DNA of 64,000 nucleotides from Candidatus Hecatella orcuttiae (lineage in GTDB: Archaea > Thermoproteota > Bathyarchaeia > Hecatellales > Hecatellaceae), in contig MTLY02000001.1 of assembly GCA_002011035.2 (NCBI GenBank), positions 63,342 to 127,341 of the forward strand. Reading direction: 5' to 3'. A program made the position numbers and the translations under genes. Below, one piece after another: positions 28,140 to 37,233 of the stretch. Under the pieces are notes generated by a model, which was given only the letters and a program-made list of their open reading frames with translations, ran no database searches and was not told where the DNA came from. The first letter of the stretch is position 1. Each line of letters opens with the position of its first letter.

Positions 28140-29231
28140 ATGGCAACTGTCAAAGTATCGTTAGAGAACGTGACAAAAAAATTTGGAGATATTACCGCTG
28201 TTAACAGGATCAGTTTAGATGTGAAAGAAGGGGAATTTCTATGCTTACTCGGGCCTTCAGGTGCCGGTAAGACTACCACACTCAGACTCATAGCTGGTAC
28301 TGAAACGCATGACGAGGGAAATATATACATTGATGGAGTGCTTGTGAACGATCTTCCCCCTAAAGACCGAGACGTAGCCATGGTTTTTCAAACCTATGCT
28401 CTCTACCCGAATAAAACAGTCTTTGAAAACATAGCCTTCCCGTTGAAGGTAAGAGGGACGCCTAGGGACGAAGTTGAGAAGAAAGTTTTAGAAGTTGCAA
28501 AAACCTTGGGAATAGAAAAATTGCTCGATAGGCTTCCGGCATTGCTCAGTGGAGGTGAACGGCAGAGAGTTGCCATTGCTAGGGCGATAGTGAGAAGACC
28601 TAAAGTGTACTTGATGGATGAGCCCTTAACGAACTTAGATGCAAAACTTAGAGTTCTTATGAGGTCTGAGATTAAAAGAATGCAGCAGCAACTTCAGATA
28701 ACGGGGATTTATGCCACTCCAGATCTATTTGAAGCTATGAGCATAGGTGATAGGATCGCTGTTATGAGCAAGGGCTCTGTTCTCCAATGCGATAATGCGG
28801 AGAGTTTGTACAATAAACCCAAGCATATAATTGTTGCTGAAACCATGTGCAGTCCGCGAATTAACCTGATAAACTGCACTTTAAACGAGAAGAATGGAAA
28901 AATCATGCTCGACGCGGGAGATTTTGTCTACGATATGACAGAACTGAAAGATGTAGTCAGCAAATTTTTAGATAAGGATGTTGTCTTAGGGGTGCGACCT
29001 GAACACGTAAATATTTTGGATAAGAAAGTCAAAGAGGCCATCCCGGCTGAGGTGATCGGCATAGATCATATCAGGCCGGAAAATGTTGTTTATTTGAAGG
29101 TGGGGGGAACCGAGCTGATAAGTTTAGCCGACGAGGTTACGGCAAGTCGAATTAAAGATAAAGTATACTTTACCTTTGCCAATAAGCATATAATACTTTT
29201 CGACAGGAAAACTGGAAACTGCATCCTCTAA
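28140..29231 (+). CDS. ABC sugar-importer ATPase (MalK/UgpC-like), variant H-loop
   Basis: Walker A GPSGAGKTT, Q-loop, signature LSGGERQR and Walker B VYLMDEPL are all present. The H-loop reads IYATPDLFEA, with Pro where the conserved His normally sits. Confidence 0.9.
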   Translation: MATVKVSLENVTKKFGDITAVNRISLDVKEGEFLCLLGPSGAGKTTTLRLIAGTETHDEGNIYIDGVLVNDLPPKDRDVAMVFQTYALYPNKTVFENIAFPLKVRGTPRDEVEKKVLEVAKTLGIEKLLDRLPALLSGGERQRVAIARAIVRRPKVYLMDEPLTNLDAKLRVLMRSEIKRMQQQLQITGIYATPDLFEAMSIGDRIAVMSKGSVLQCDNAESLYNKPKHIIVAETMCSPRINLINCTLNEKNGKIMLDAGDFVYDMTELKDVVSKFLDKDVVLGVRPEHVNILDKKVKEAIPAEVIGIDHIRPENVVYLKVGGTELISLADEVTASRIKDKVYFTFANKHIILFDRKTGNCIL

Positions 29232-29244
29232 GGAAGCGAGAAAA

Positions 29245-30333
29245 ATGGTTTCTGTCCGTTTGGAAAAACTCACAAAAACCTTTGGGAAAACGATAGCGGT
29301 CAATGAGCTAGATTTGACTATAAAGGATGGGGAATTTTTATGTTTACTCGGGCCCTCAGGCTGCGGTAAAACAACGACGCTTAGAATGATCGCAGGTTTA
29401 GAAACACCGACGAAGGGAGAAATCTACATAGGAGACGTGCTTGTGAACGATCTTCCTTCTAAAGATCGAGATGTAGCTATGGTTTTCCAGTTTTACGCCA
29501 TCTATCCTGAAATGAAAGTTTTTGACCAGATTGCCTTCCCCTTGAAAATGTTGAAGAAACCAAAAGAAGAGATCGATAAAGCCGTTAAAGAGGTTGCTGA
29601 ACTTTTAGGAATAACTGATGTGCTTAACTTTCCTGTGGAACGCTTAACGATGGAGCAAAAGCAAAAAATTGAGCTGGGCAGGGCCATTGTAACCCAGCCT
29701 AAAGTTTACCTTTTCGACGAACCTCTCACAAACCTAGACACGAAAGTTAGAGCTCGTACAAGGATCGAATTGAAGAAACTTCAGCAAAGGTTGAAAACGA
29801 CGACTATATATGTCACCCATGACCAGCTCGAAGCTTTAACTTTAGCTGACAGAATCGCTGTGATGCACTTGGGCAGACTTCAACAATGCGATACTCCGGA
29901 TATGCTTTATAGGTATCCGAAAAACTTTTTCGTAGCAGGATTCATCGGCAGTCCGCCCATGGATTTCATAGACTGCACTCTAGTGGAGAAAGACGGTAGA
30001 TTCGTACTTGATGCGGGAATTTTCAGCTATGATGTAACCGAGTTCAAAGAAGACATCGAGAAGCTTACGAATAGCCGTGAATTCGTAATCGGAGTGAGGC
30101 CTGAGTTTTTGACGTTAAGTCTGACTAAAACCGCTAACAGCCTTGCAGAGGCCTACGTGGACATCATTGAACCTTTGGGGGCTAGAATGATAGTAAATCT
30201 GAAAGTTGGAAACTATACTCTAAAAGCAAATGTGCGTAAGATGCCTTTGACAAGCGGGGAGAAAGTATGGTTTGGATTCGATAAAGATAAGCTTAGATTA
30301 TTCGATAAAAAGACAGAACACTGCATCATCTAA
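29245..30333 (+). CDS. ABC sugar-importer ATPase (MalK/UgpC-like), degenerate signature motif
   Basis: Walker A GPSGCGKTT, Walker B VYLFDEPL and a canonical H-loop IYVTHDQLEA. The signature position reads LTMEQKQK instead of LSGGQ. Confidence 0.9.
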   Translation: MVSVRLEKLTKTFGKTIAVNELDLTIKDGEFLCLLGPSGCGKTTTLRMIAGLETPTKGEIYIGDVLVNDLPSKDRDVAMVFQFYAIYPEMKVFDQIAFPLKMLKKPKEEIDKAVKEVAELLGITDVLNFPVERLTMEQKQKIELGRAIVTQPKVYLFDEPLTNLDTKVRARTRIELKKLQQRLKTTTIYVTHDQLEALTLADRIAVMHLGRLQQCDTPDMLYRYPKNFFVAGFIGSPPMDFIDCTLVEKDGRFVLDAGIFSYDVTEFKEDIEKLTNSREFVIGVRPEFLTLSLTKTANSLAEAYVDIIEPLGARMIVNLKVGNYTLKANVRKMPLTSGEKVWFGFDKDKLRLFDKKTEHCII

Positions 30334-30390
30334 ATTTCTGCCGGCGCAGCACTATATTTTATTATTTTATCTTAGAGAAAAATTTTTCAT

Positions 30391-31245
30391 TTACTTGATA
30401 GCGCCGCTCATGATTCCTTTAATGATGTATTTTTGAAGTATAACGGCCAGGGCTATAACTGGGAGGCTTGAAAACACACCGGCAGCCATAACCCGGGGGA
30501 TAACCTGCTTCATCGGGCCCATGAACTCTAAAATAACCGGCTGAAGCATTTTGAAATCTCTCACACCGATGACGCTGGAGTACATAAGCTCATTCCATGA
30601 AATGATGAAACAGAAAACCGTAACGATCATGACGCCTGTGATGGACAGAGGCAGAACAACCCGAAACATGGTTCCAAACCTACTCAAACCATCAACCTGT
30701 CCAGCTTCCTCCAAGTCCATGTGAACTCCTCGAAATATTGAAGCAAGCATCCATGTCATCAGAGGAAGAATGAAGACGCTGTGAGCGAACACGACCCCCG
30801 GCAAGGTGTCTATCAAACCTAAAGCTCTCTCCACTGTTGCCACAGGTATCAGCAATGCAACTCCTGGTAGCATATAGAAGATCACGATGGCTTGGAGGAG
30901 GACCCTGTTCACTTTAAACCTGGTCCTGACAAGGGCGTAAGCTCCCAGTGAACCTGCTGTCATTACGAAACCCGCCGTTATCAAGGCTACTAAAGCGCTG
31001 TTCACAAGCCCTTCGGTGAAAGGCGGGTAGCTTAAGAGTTCACCGTAATGGAAGACTGTAAATTTAACGGGTTTAAACGGGAAGGGGGGAGGCCTGTAAA
31101 GGTCTATTTCCCGCTGTAAACTTGAAGTAACCATCCAGAAATATGGAAAAAGTATGGTGAAAACTAAGATGGCGAAGGCTGTGTATATTCCGATTTTCCC
31201 TGCGATTTTTCTTGCTTTGTTCGGTTTTGGTATTTGAACGTTCAT
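30391..31245 (-). CDS. carbohydrate ABC transporter permease (MalG-like)
   Basis: 284 aa, six hydrophobic helices, EAA-like loop (DLEEAGQVDGLSRFGTMFRVVLP). Confidence 0.85.
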   Translation of the reverse strand: MNVQIPKPNKARKIAGKIGIYTAFAILVFTILFPYFWMVTSSLQREIDLYRPPPFPFKPVKFTVFHYGELLSYPPFTEGLVNSALVALITAGFVMTAGSLGAYALVRTRFKVNRVLLQAIVIFYMLPGVALLIPVATVERALGLIDTLPGVVFAHSVFILPLMTWMLASIFRGVHMDLEEAGQVDGLSRFGTMFRVVLPLSITGVMIVTVFCFIISWNELMYSSVIGVRDFKMLQPVILEFMGPMKQVIPRVMAAGVFSSLPVIALAVILQKYIIKGIMSGAIK

Positions 31246-31257
31246 TTATGTTTCACC

Positions 31258-32136
31258 TCAAACAACCTTGTACCATCTGAGTGCGGTAAAAGCGAAAACT
31301 AGGCCTATCAAGGTTACTACATAGGCAAGTGTAGCTCCGTAGCCTGCATTCAAATACCAGAAGGTTGTGAGGTAAGAATAGAAAGTTAGCACATAACTTT
31401 CAGTCCCCGGGCCGCCTTTGGTGATGGAGATCACAATATCGAAACTGTAAAGTAAGGATAGAATGGCGTTTAAAATACAATTTATGACGAATATTCCCTT
31501 GATATGCGGCCATATGACATATTTGAACCTGGAAAGAACACCAGCCTTGTAGATTTTCACAGATTCAACAATTTCTTTTGGAACATTTTGAAGAGCTGAA
31601 AGAAATAAAAGCCCGTAGAGTGTAAAAACTTTCCAGCAGAAGAATAAAGCTAAAATATTTAATACCAGAAACGGAGTGCTGAAGAACGAAATTGCTGCGG
31701 GAATTAAGCCTAAGGTTTTCAACAGCCAATTGACAATACCGTAAGCTGAATTGAAGATCCACCAAAATATTAAGGATACAACTATCGGGGGGGTAGCCCA
31801 AGGTAGAAGAAGAAGGACTCTTCCGAAGGTGTTTCCCTTGAATTCTTGACTTAAAAGCAGGGCTGTACCTAAACCAGCTGGAACGGCTATTATGGTGGTT
31901 AAGCCGAAGAAATACAGAGTATGCCAAAGGGAGGTTATGAACACAGGGTCCGAAATCATATAAGCCCAATTACGCAAGCCTACAAAGGAATATTCTAGCG
32001 TCCTCAAACTTAAGTCCGTAAATGTGTAATAAAATGAAGCCCCAAGGGGATATAAAATAAAAATCGAAAGGAAAATAAAGAAGGGGGACAAGCAGAGAAG
32101 GGCGAATTTACTTTCTCTGCTTATCTTCAGAGCCAC
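31258..32136 (-). CDS. carbohydrate ABC transporter permease (MalF-like)
   Basis: 292-aa polytopic membrane protein. EAA-like loop (SALQNVPKEIVESVKIYKAGVLSRFKYVIWP). Confidence 0.85.
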   Translation of the reverse strand: MALKISRESKFALLCLSPFFIFLSIFILYPLGASFYYTFTDLSLRTLEYSFVGLRNWAYMISDPVFITSLWHTLYFFGLTTIIAVPAGLGTALLLSQEFKGNTFGRVLLLLPWATPPIVVSLIFWWIFNSAYGIVNWLLKTLGLIPAAISFFSTPFLVLNILALFFCWKVFTLYGLLFLSALQNVPKEIVESVKIYKAGVLSRFKYVIWPHIKGIFVINCILNAILSLLYSFDIVISITKGGPGTESYVLTFYSYLTTFWYLNAGYGATLAYVVTLIGLVFAFTALRWYKVV

Positions 32137-32163
32137 AGTTCGATTCTTCTCCTAGTGAGGCTT

Positions 32164-33783
32164 TTAGCCTCCCCTAAGCCAGTACAGCCAAGATAGCGAC
32201 TCCTCAGGGGAGTTTTCCTCAATCCACTTGAGGATGTCGTCGATCTTAGCTATCACTTCCCCGGTTATCAGTCCGTCGGTCCAGGCTTCAGGATATCCGC
32301 CACCGTACTTCTCATACTCCTCGTCGACTATTTCGTCGCATTTCTCAGCAGCATCACTCATAGCTTGCTCCGCTGTCTTTATGCCTTTGAGGGCGTTAGT
32401 TATTTCAATCTCCACAGTGTCAGTTATAGCCTGATACGCCGGTCTAATGTAGCGGCTGCATCTATACTTCGACTGCTCCAGCTGCTCCATGATGAACATG
32501 TTCCATGGGAAAACAGCGAACCTCTCGTCATAGAAGTATGACCATCTTGTCGGACATGGCTCCTCAAGATCCGGTGTCGGCCCATTATGCAATGTCATCT
32601 GCACTTGCGTCTCTTTGCTGTGAAGGAACTTTATAAAGTCCCACGCTGCCTCCTTGTGTTTAGCCATCACCGGAATTCCGTAACCTTCAGGAGCGTTCTC
32701 GGAGGCTGAACGCACAACTCCACTATGTCCTGGAACAAGCCAAGTTATGACTTCCTTCTTTGACAGCGGGTATCCCAGTTCATGGTACTTCGGCATTACA
32801 ATAGTGGTCACATGGGGATAGTACATCATGTAGGTGGCGTTTTCCAAGTACCACTCTTTTCCAGCTTGAATGCTGAATATCCATTCGATAGCAGCAGGGT
32901 TCATGTAGTTCCTATACAGCTCGATCATATCCTCTACAGCTCTAATAGATTCCTTGCTGTCCACATTGATCGTCCTACGGGAGTCATACTTCCAGAAGTC
33001 GCCCCCGTTGCAATGCAACCACACAAGGTAGTGGGTTAGAAGATATCCTTGCCTGAATCCTGCCGCATAGGGGTAATAGCCTTCCTTGCCTTTAAAGTGG
33101 TTCTTCAGCAATTCAAGCTGCTCCAACCATTCTTCAAACGTCGTAGGCCAGCTTAGCCCTACTTCCTTCAAATGGGTTAGGTTAGCGTTGAGGGTGAAAA
33201 CCTCGTACATTCTTGGCAGAGCGTAGTATCTGTCTTTATAGGTTACAGTTTCCCGGGCGTAGGGCACTATGTCCTTGTCTACTTCTGGAGGGATCTCTAT
33301 TCCCAGCTCGTCCAGAGGGGTGAAGAATTCCAGAAACTCTTGAAGCCAAGCTCCCCATTCATAGGTTACGTCGTAGGCATAGGTTCCAGCTGCGAAGGTT
33401 GTGGCTAGCTTATCATGCATGGTCACGAAGTCGTCCGTGAAAATGTTGATCTTTGTTCCAGTAACCTCTTCGTATCTGGATATGTTTTCCTCGTAATTGT
33501 AGTACCATCCACTGTGAGCAGACGTATAGAAGTTTAGCTCCGGAACCGATACAAGACCCCACTGATCAATAGGCGCCTTAAACGTATCCGCAACAACCGG
33601 AGTTGGAGTTGGTGTAGGGGTAGGGGTTGGTGTAGGCGTGGGTGTAGGCGCAGGCGCAGGCCTCATGGCTTGCCATGCAGCGTAGCCGCCCACGCCAGCG
33701 ACAACAGCAGCGGCGATGGCGGCGATGCCGTATTTCATCGCACTTCTACGAGACTGACTTGTCATTTCATTTTCACCTTCCAT
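32164..33783 (-). CDS. extracellular solute-binding protein (family 1, sugar-type) with RR signal/anchor and Pro-Thr linker
   Basis: 539 aa. N-terminus is [27 protein letters not shown] followed by PAPA(PT)8P. The remainder is SBP_bac_1-like. Confidence 0.8.
   Translation of the reverse strand: MEGENEMTSQSRRSAMKYGIAAIAAAVVAGVGGYAAWQAMRPAPAPTPTPTPTPTPTPTPTPVVADTFKAPIDQWGLVSVPELNFYTSAHSGWYYNYEENISRYEEVTGTKINIFTDDFVTMHDKLATTFAAGTYAYDVTYEWGAWLQEFLEFFTPLDELGIEIPPEVDKDIVPYARETVTYKDRYYALPRMYEVFTLNANLTHLKEVGLSWPTTFEEWLEQLELLKNHFKGKEGYYPYAAGFRQGYLLTHYLVWLHCNGGDFWKYDSRRTINVDSKESIRAVEDMIELYRNYMNPAAIEWIFSIQAGKEWYLENATYMMYYPHVTTIVMPKYHELGYPLSKKEVITWLVPGHSGVVRSASENAPEGYGIPVMAKHKEAAWDFIKFLHSKETQVQMTLHNGPTPDLEEPCPTRWSYFYDERFAVFPWNMFIMEQLEQSKYRCSRYIRPAYQAITDTVEIEITNALKGIKTAEQAMSDAAEKCDEIVDEEYEKYGGGYPEAWTDGLITGEVIAKIDDILKWIEENSPEESLSWLYWLRGG
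33598..33660 (-). repeat. coding (Pro-Thr/Pro-Ala) dipeptide repeat
   Basis: Imperfect GGTGTAGG-type hexanucleotide repeat on the plus strand, encoding [21 protein letters not shown]. Confidence 0.9.
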
Positions 33784-34048
33784 CCTTTTTATTTTAAAGA
33801 AAATTAATATAAAACTTTCGGTATAAAATCACACTCAATAACAAACCATGTTTAACAAGAACTTTATACTTCCCAGCAACAATTTCTGGTATTCTCAAGT
33901 AAAGATTTAAACATAAAACTAATATCTATGCTAAGATTTCTCTCCCCTACAGTCAAATTTAATCAGCAGTCAACTGGAAGGTTTCGCGCTGAAAACTAAA
34001 AGCCAATGTTTAGCGGTCAGGAAAAAAGACTGCGAGTTTGCCCTACGC

Positions 34049-35050
34049 TTGCTTAAGGAGCATGCTTTCCTGAAACGTGAGATGAAAATCTCCGTCGAAG
34101 GAGAACTGGCTTTTATTCCTATAAAAGAAGCTCCTCCTCGAAATCTTCTGAATAATGCTGGGCTAGGCTACGTGAATGTGGTGGAGAAAATCGTAGAAGC
34201 TGGGAAGACGATTCAGAATTTTACTAGTGCCTTAGAAAAAGTTATTCCTTCCAAATTAAAACCGTTGATTCCGCGATCCCTAGACATCATCGGCCATGTG
34301 GCCATCGTAGAGCTGCCGCCAGAGCTGGAACCCTACGCGGAAGCTTTGGGCAAGACAGTTATGGAGACCCACAGAAACGTCAAAACGGTCCTAGCTAAAA
34401 CATCCCAAGTAGACAGTCCTTTTCGGCTGAGAAAGTTCAAGCTCATTTCCGGCATAGATCAAACGGAAACCGTTCACCGAGAGTTTGGATGCCGTTTCGT
34501 CGTGGATGTAAGGAAAGTCTACTTCAGCCCTAGACTGAGCTTCGAACATGACAGAGTTTCAGCTCAGATAGGTGAAGGGGAAACCGTGGTTGATATGTTC
34601 GCAGGAGTAGGCCCTTTCTCAATTCTCACAGCTAAAAGAAGGAAGAAGGTCAAAGTCTACGCCATAGACGCCAATCCCGAAGCTTACAGTTATCTGCTGA
34701 GAAACATCGCCATTAACAAAGTTGATAGCAAGGTCACCGCTCTGCTTGGCGACATCCAAAGACTCTTGGAGAAAAACCTAAGGGGGGTGAAGGCTGACAG
34801 AGTCATAATGAACCTTCCCTCTGAAGCCTTTCGCTTTCTCCCTCAAGCTTTAACCTTGCTCAAGGCCGAGGGCATCGTCCACTATTATTGCTTTGCAAAG
34901 GAGCCGAACCCATTGGAGAAAGCGGAGGAAGAAGTGAAGAAAACTGTCGCCTTCTCCGGGTGGAAAGCGGATGTCCTTTATGCCCGGCGTGTCAAGCCTT
35001 CGGCTCCAAGAACATGGATGGTAGCCTTAGACCTCAGATTCACCCTCTAA
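34049..35050 (+). CDS. trm5: tRNA (guanine37-N1)-methyltransferase Trm5 (Met-10+ family)
   Basis: Motifs VVDMFAGVGPFSI, VIMNLP and VYFSPRL. Homology to the N-terminal D1 domain continues in frame upstream of the TTG start (..SQCLAVRKKDCEFALR), so the true start is probably near 33989. Confidence 0.85.
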   Translation: MLKEHAFLKREMKISVEGELAFIPIKEAPPRNLLNNAGLGYVNVVEKIVEAGKTIQNFTSALEKVIPSKLKPLIPRSLDIIGHVAIVELPPELEPYAEALGKTVMETHRNVKTVLAKTSQVDSPFRLRKFKLISGIDQTETVHREFGCRFVVDVRKVYFSPRLSFEHDRVSAQIGEGETVVDMFAGVGPFSILTAKRRKKVKVYAIDANPEAYSYLLRNIAINKVDSKVTALLGDIQRLLEKNLRGVKADRVIMNLPSEAFRFLPQALTLLKAEGIVHYYCFAKEPNPLEKAEEEVKKTVAFSGWKADVLYARRVKPSAPRTWMVALDLRFTL

Positions 35051-35480
35051 CTTCGACTGTCAGCTCGATGACGACGGAGACGTCAGCTCTCGACAGTTTG
35101 GCGACTAATTCTCTGGACAAATCCGCCGCCGCCTTATCCGCTCTAACCATGACCGTTCGTGGACAAATATAGTTGCTTTTTCTAACCACCAAATCGGTAG
35201 GATGCGAAAAAGACAGACGGGGATCTCCCCAGCCTCGGACGAGTTCCCTCTCCCCTTCAACCTTGACTGTTAAGGTGAGTTTGGCTTCGCTCTTCCGGGC
35301 TAGTTGTTTAAACTTTGAGCTGAGTTCAGCTGCTCCCTTGTTGGCACCCACGGCTATGATGCAGTCCCCTCGAAGGGAGAGACATTCTTCCTTGGTGACC
35401 TCTAGGGTTGTTCTGTGAGTTGCTCGGACAGCCTTATGGCCTCGCGCTGTGAAGACTTCCACTACTTTCATGAGAAACAA
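35040..35480 (-). CDS. DUF371 domain protein
   Basis: 146-aa ORF with ARGHKAVRATHRTTLEVTKEECLSLRGDCIIAV, as in the DUF371 family. Its 3' end overlaps the Trm5 3' end by 11 nt (convergent). Confidence 0.6.
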   Translation of the reverse strand: MFLMKVVEVFTARGHKAVRATHRTTLEVTKEECLSLRGDCIIAVGANKGAAELSSKFKQLARKSEAKLTLTVKVEGERELVRGWGDPRLSFSHPTDLVVRKSNYICPRTVMVRADKAAADLSRELVAKLSRADVSVVIELTVEVRG

Positions 35481-35816
35481 CCATTAACCTAGGCTTCTCT
35501 CTAACCTTTCCAACTTTATCCTCGCATCGAAAGGTTTTATTTTTTCATCTCGGAAGGTTTAGACGTTCACGAGCTAAAACTCTATATGTATCCTTCCCGA
35601 ATATTAATTCCATGGTGCTCATAAGCATTCGTGAAGTTTTCATCATTATCGCCGTAATTTTCGTACTCATCGTATTCCTGCCATGGCTTGCAAAGAAGAG
35701 AAAGGAAATGTAAGTGCGAAAAATATTTAACAGATTTTTCCGTTTAACGGCTGAAACTGCAGCGTCCCGTAGCTTGAATAAATCAACTTGCAGTAAAAAC
35801 CTTGAGTACGGATGCT

Positions 35817-36515
35817 TTACATACCCAAATAAGATTTTCTCACAAAATCCGAGTCTAGAAGGTTAGTGCCCTCCGCAACTATACTTCCGTTCTCAAGGAC
35901 GTAGGCTCTATCTGCCGAGGAAAGAGCCAACCGTACGTTTTGCTCAACCAGCAGTATCGTTAATCCTCGTTTCTTAAGCTCTTTTATCACATTATGAATT
36001 TTCTGCACCAATAGTGGTGCAAGACCTTGCGAGAATTCGTCGATAAGGAGGATGTTCGGATCAGCCATGAGACTTCTTGCAATGGCTAACATTTGCTGCT
36101 CGCCTCCGCTAAGTGTTCCTGCAAGTTGCATACTACGCTCTTTTAGCACAGGAAACAACTCGTAGACCATTTTCAAATTTTCATCCTTCTTTAACTTAGC
36201 ACGTTTCAGGTAGCAACCCATTTCCAAATTCTCCTTGACCGTCATAGCTGGGAAAAGCCGCCGCCCCTCAGGTATATGTCCAATACCAAGCGCTGCGATG
36301 GAGTGAGGCGGAAGTTCATCTATTCTTTTACCCATAAACGTTATCTTTCCCGTCTTCGGATGAAGTAAACCGGAGATAGTTCTCATCAGAGTTGTTTTTC
36401 CGGCTCCGTTTGAACCCACGACAGCTACGTATTCTCCTTCATCAATTTTTATGGAAACATCTCTCAGCGCTTGCGCGTCTCCATAATAAACACTGATCCT
36501 GTCTACTTCAAGCAT
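35817..36515 (-). CDS. livF: HAAT-family (Liv-type) ABC transporter ATPase, LivF-like
   Basis: 232 aa with GSNGAGKTT, LSGGEQQML and LLIDEFSQGL. Confidence 0.9.
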   Translation of the reverse strand: MLEVDRISVYYGDAQALRDVSIKIDEGEYVAVVGSNGAGKTTLMRTISGLLHPKTGKITFMGKRIDELPPHSIAALGIGHIPEGRRLFPAMTVKENLEMGCYLKRAKLKKDENLKMVYELFPVLKERSMQLAGTLSGGEQQMLAIARSLMADPNILLIDEFSQGLAPLLVQKIHNVIKELKKRGLTILLVEQNVRLALSSADRAYVLENGSIVAEGTNLLDSDFVRKSYLGM

Positions 36516-37233
36516 ACTCGCCCACCCCCAGATAGGCTTCTATAACCTTCTTGTCTTGAGATACTTCTTTAGGGGTGCCATCGGCTATAACTTCCCCTTG
36601 GTGTAACACTACAACCCTCTCTGAAACGGACATCACGGCTTTCATCACATGTTCCACCATGAGAACGGTGACACCTCTCTGCGCAATCTCACGGATGATC
36701 TTAAGACCTTCTTCAATTTCTGCAGGAGTCAACCCAGCTAATACCTCGTCGAGAAGCAGAAGTTTAGGATTGACAGCTAAGGCTCTGGCGAGCTCAAGGC
36801 GCTTCCTGTTCTGAAGGGTTAAACTGGCAGCGGGAACATGGGACAGCTTATAGAGACCAGTTAGCTTCAAGATATTTTGGCAGTAGGCTTCCAAGTCCTG
36901 ATCCCCCAGCCGGCGGCTGAATATTGCAGGAGTCATAACGTTATCCATCACTGTTAGGCTGTGGAATGGCTTCACTATCTGAAATGTCCGCCCGATTCCC
37001 ATTCGACAGATTTTAGTTGGCGTAAAGCTAGTGATGCGTTTTCCGTCAAATAATATCTCACCCGCATCGGGTTTATAAAAGCCGCAAATAACATTGAACA
37101 AGGTTGTCTTCCCAGAGCCGTTAGGCCCGATGAGGCCTATGATACCTCCTTTCTCGATGTTGAGGGTTACGCCTCTCAGGGCTGTTAATCCTCCAAACCT
37201 CTTGGACACGTTCCTCAGTTCAAGAAGACTCAC
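36508..37233 (-). CDS. livG: HAAT-family ABC transporter ATPase, LivG-like
   Basis: 241 aa with GPNGSGKTT and LLLLDEVLAGL. Overlaps livF by 8 nt. Confidence 0.9.
   Translation of the reverse strand: MSLLELRNVSKRFGGLTALRGVTLNIEKGGIIGLIGPNGSGKTTLFNVICGFYKPDAGEILFDGKRITSFTPTKICRMGIGRTFQIVKPFHSLTVMDNVMTPAIFSRRLGDQDLEAYCQNILKLTGLYKLSHVPAASLTLQNRKRLELARALAVNPKLLLLDEVLAGLTPAEIEEGLKIIREIAQRGVTVLMVEHVMKAVMSVSERVVVLHQGEVIADGTPKEVSQDKKVIEAYLGVGEYA

Noticed and set aside
33598-33660. Short tandem repeats that could be mistaken for a CRISPR-like or satellite array (also 40283-40402)
   Set aside because: The period is 6 nt, or 54 nt for the duplication. The repeats are entirely inside ORFs and encode Pro-Thr linkers. 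There is no spacer structure.
35611-35733. ATG-initiated 40-aa ORF (MVLISIREVFHHYRRNF...) in the DUF371-livF spacer
   Set aside because: The product is compositionally odd (His/Arg-rich). The overlapping GTG frame gives a more plausible helix, and even that is only a low-confidence finding.
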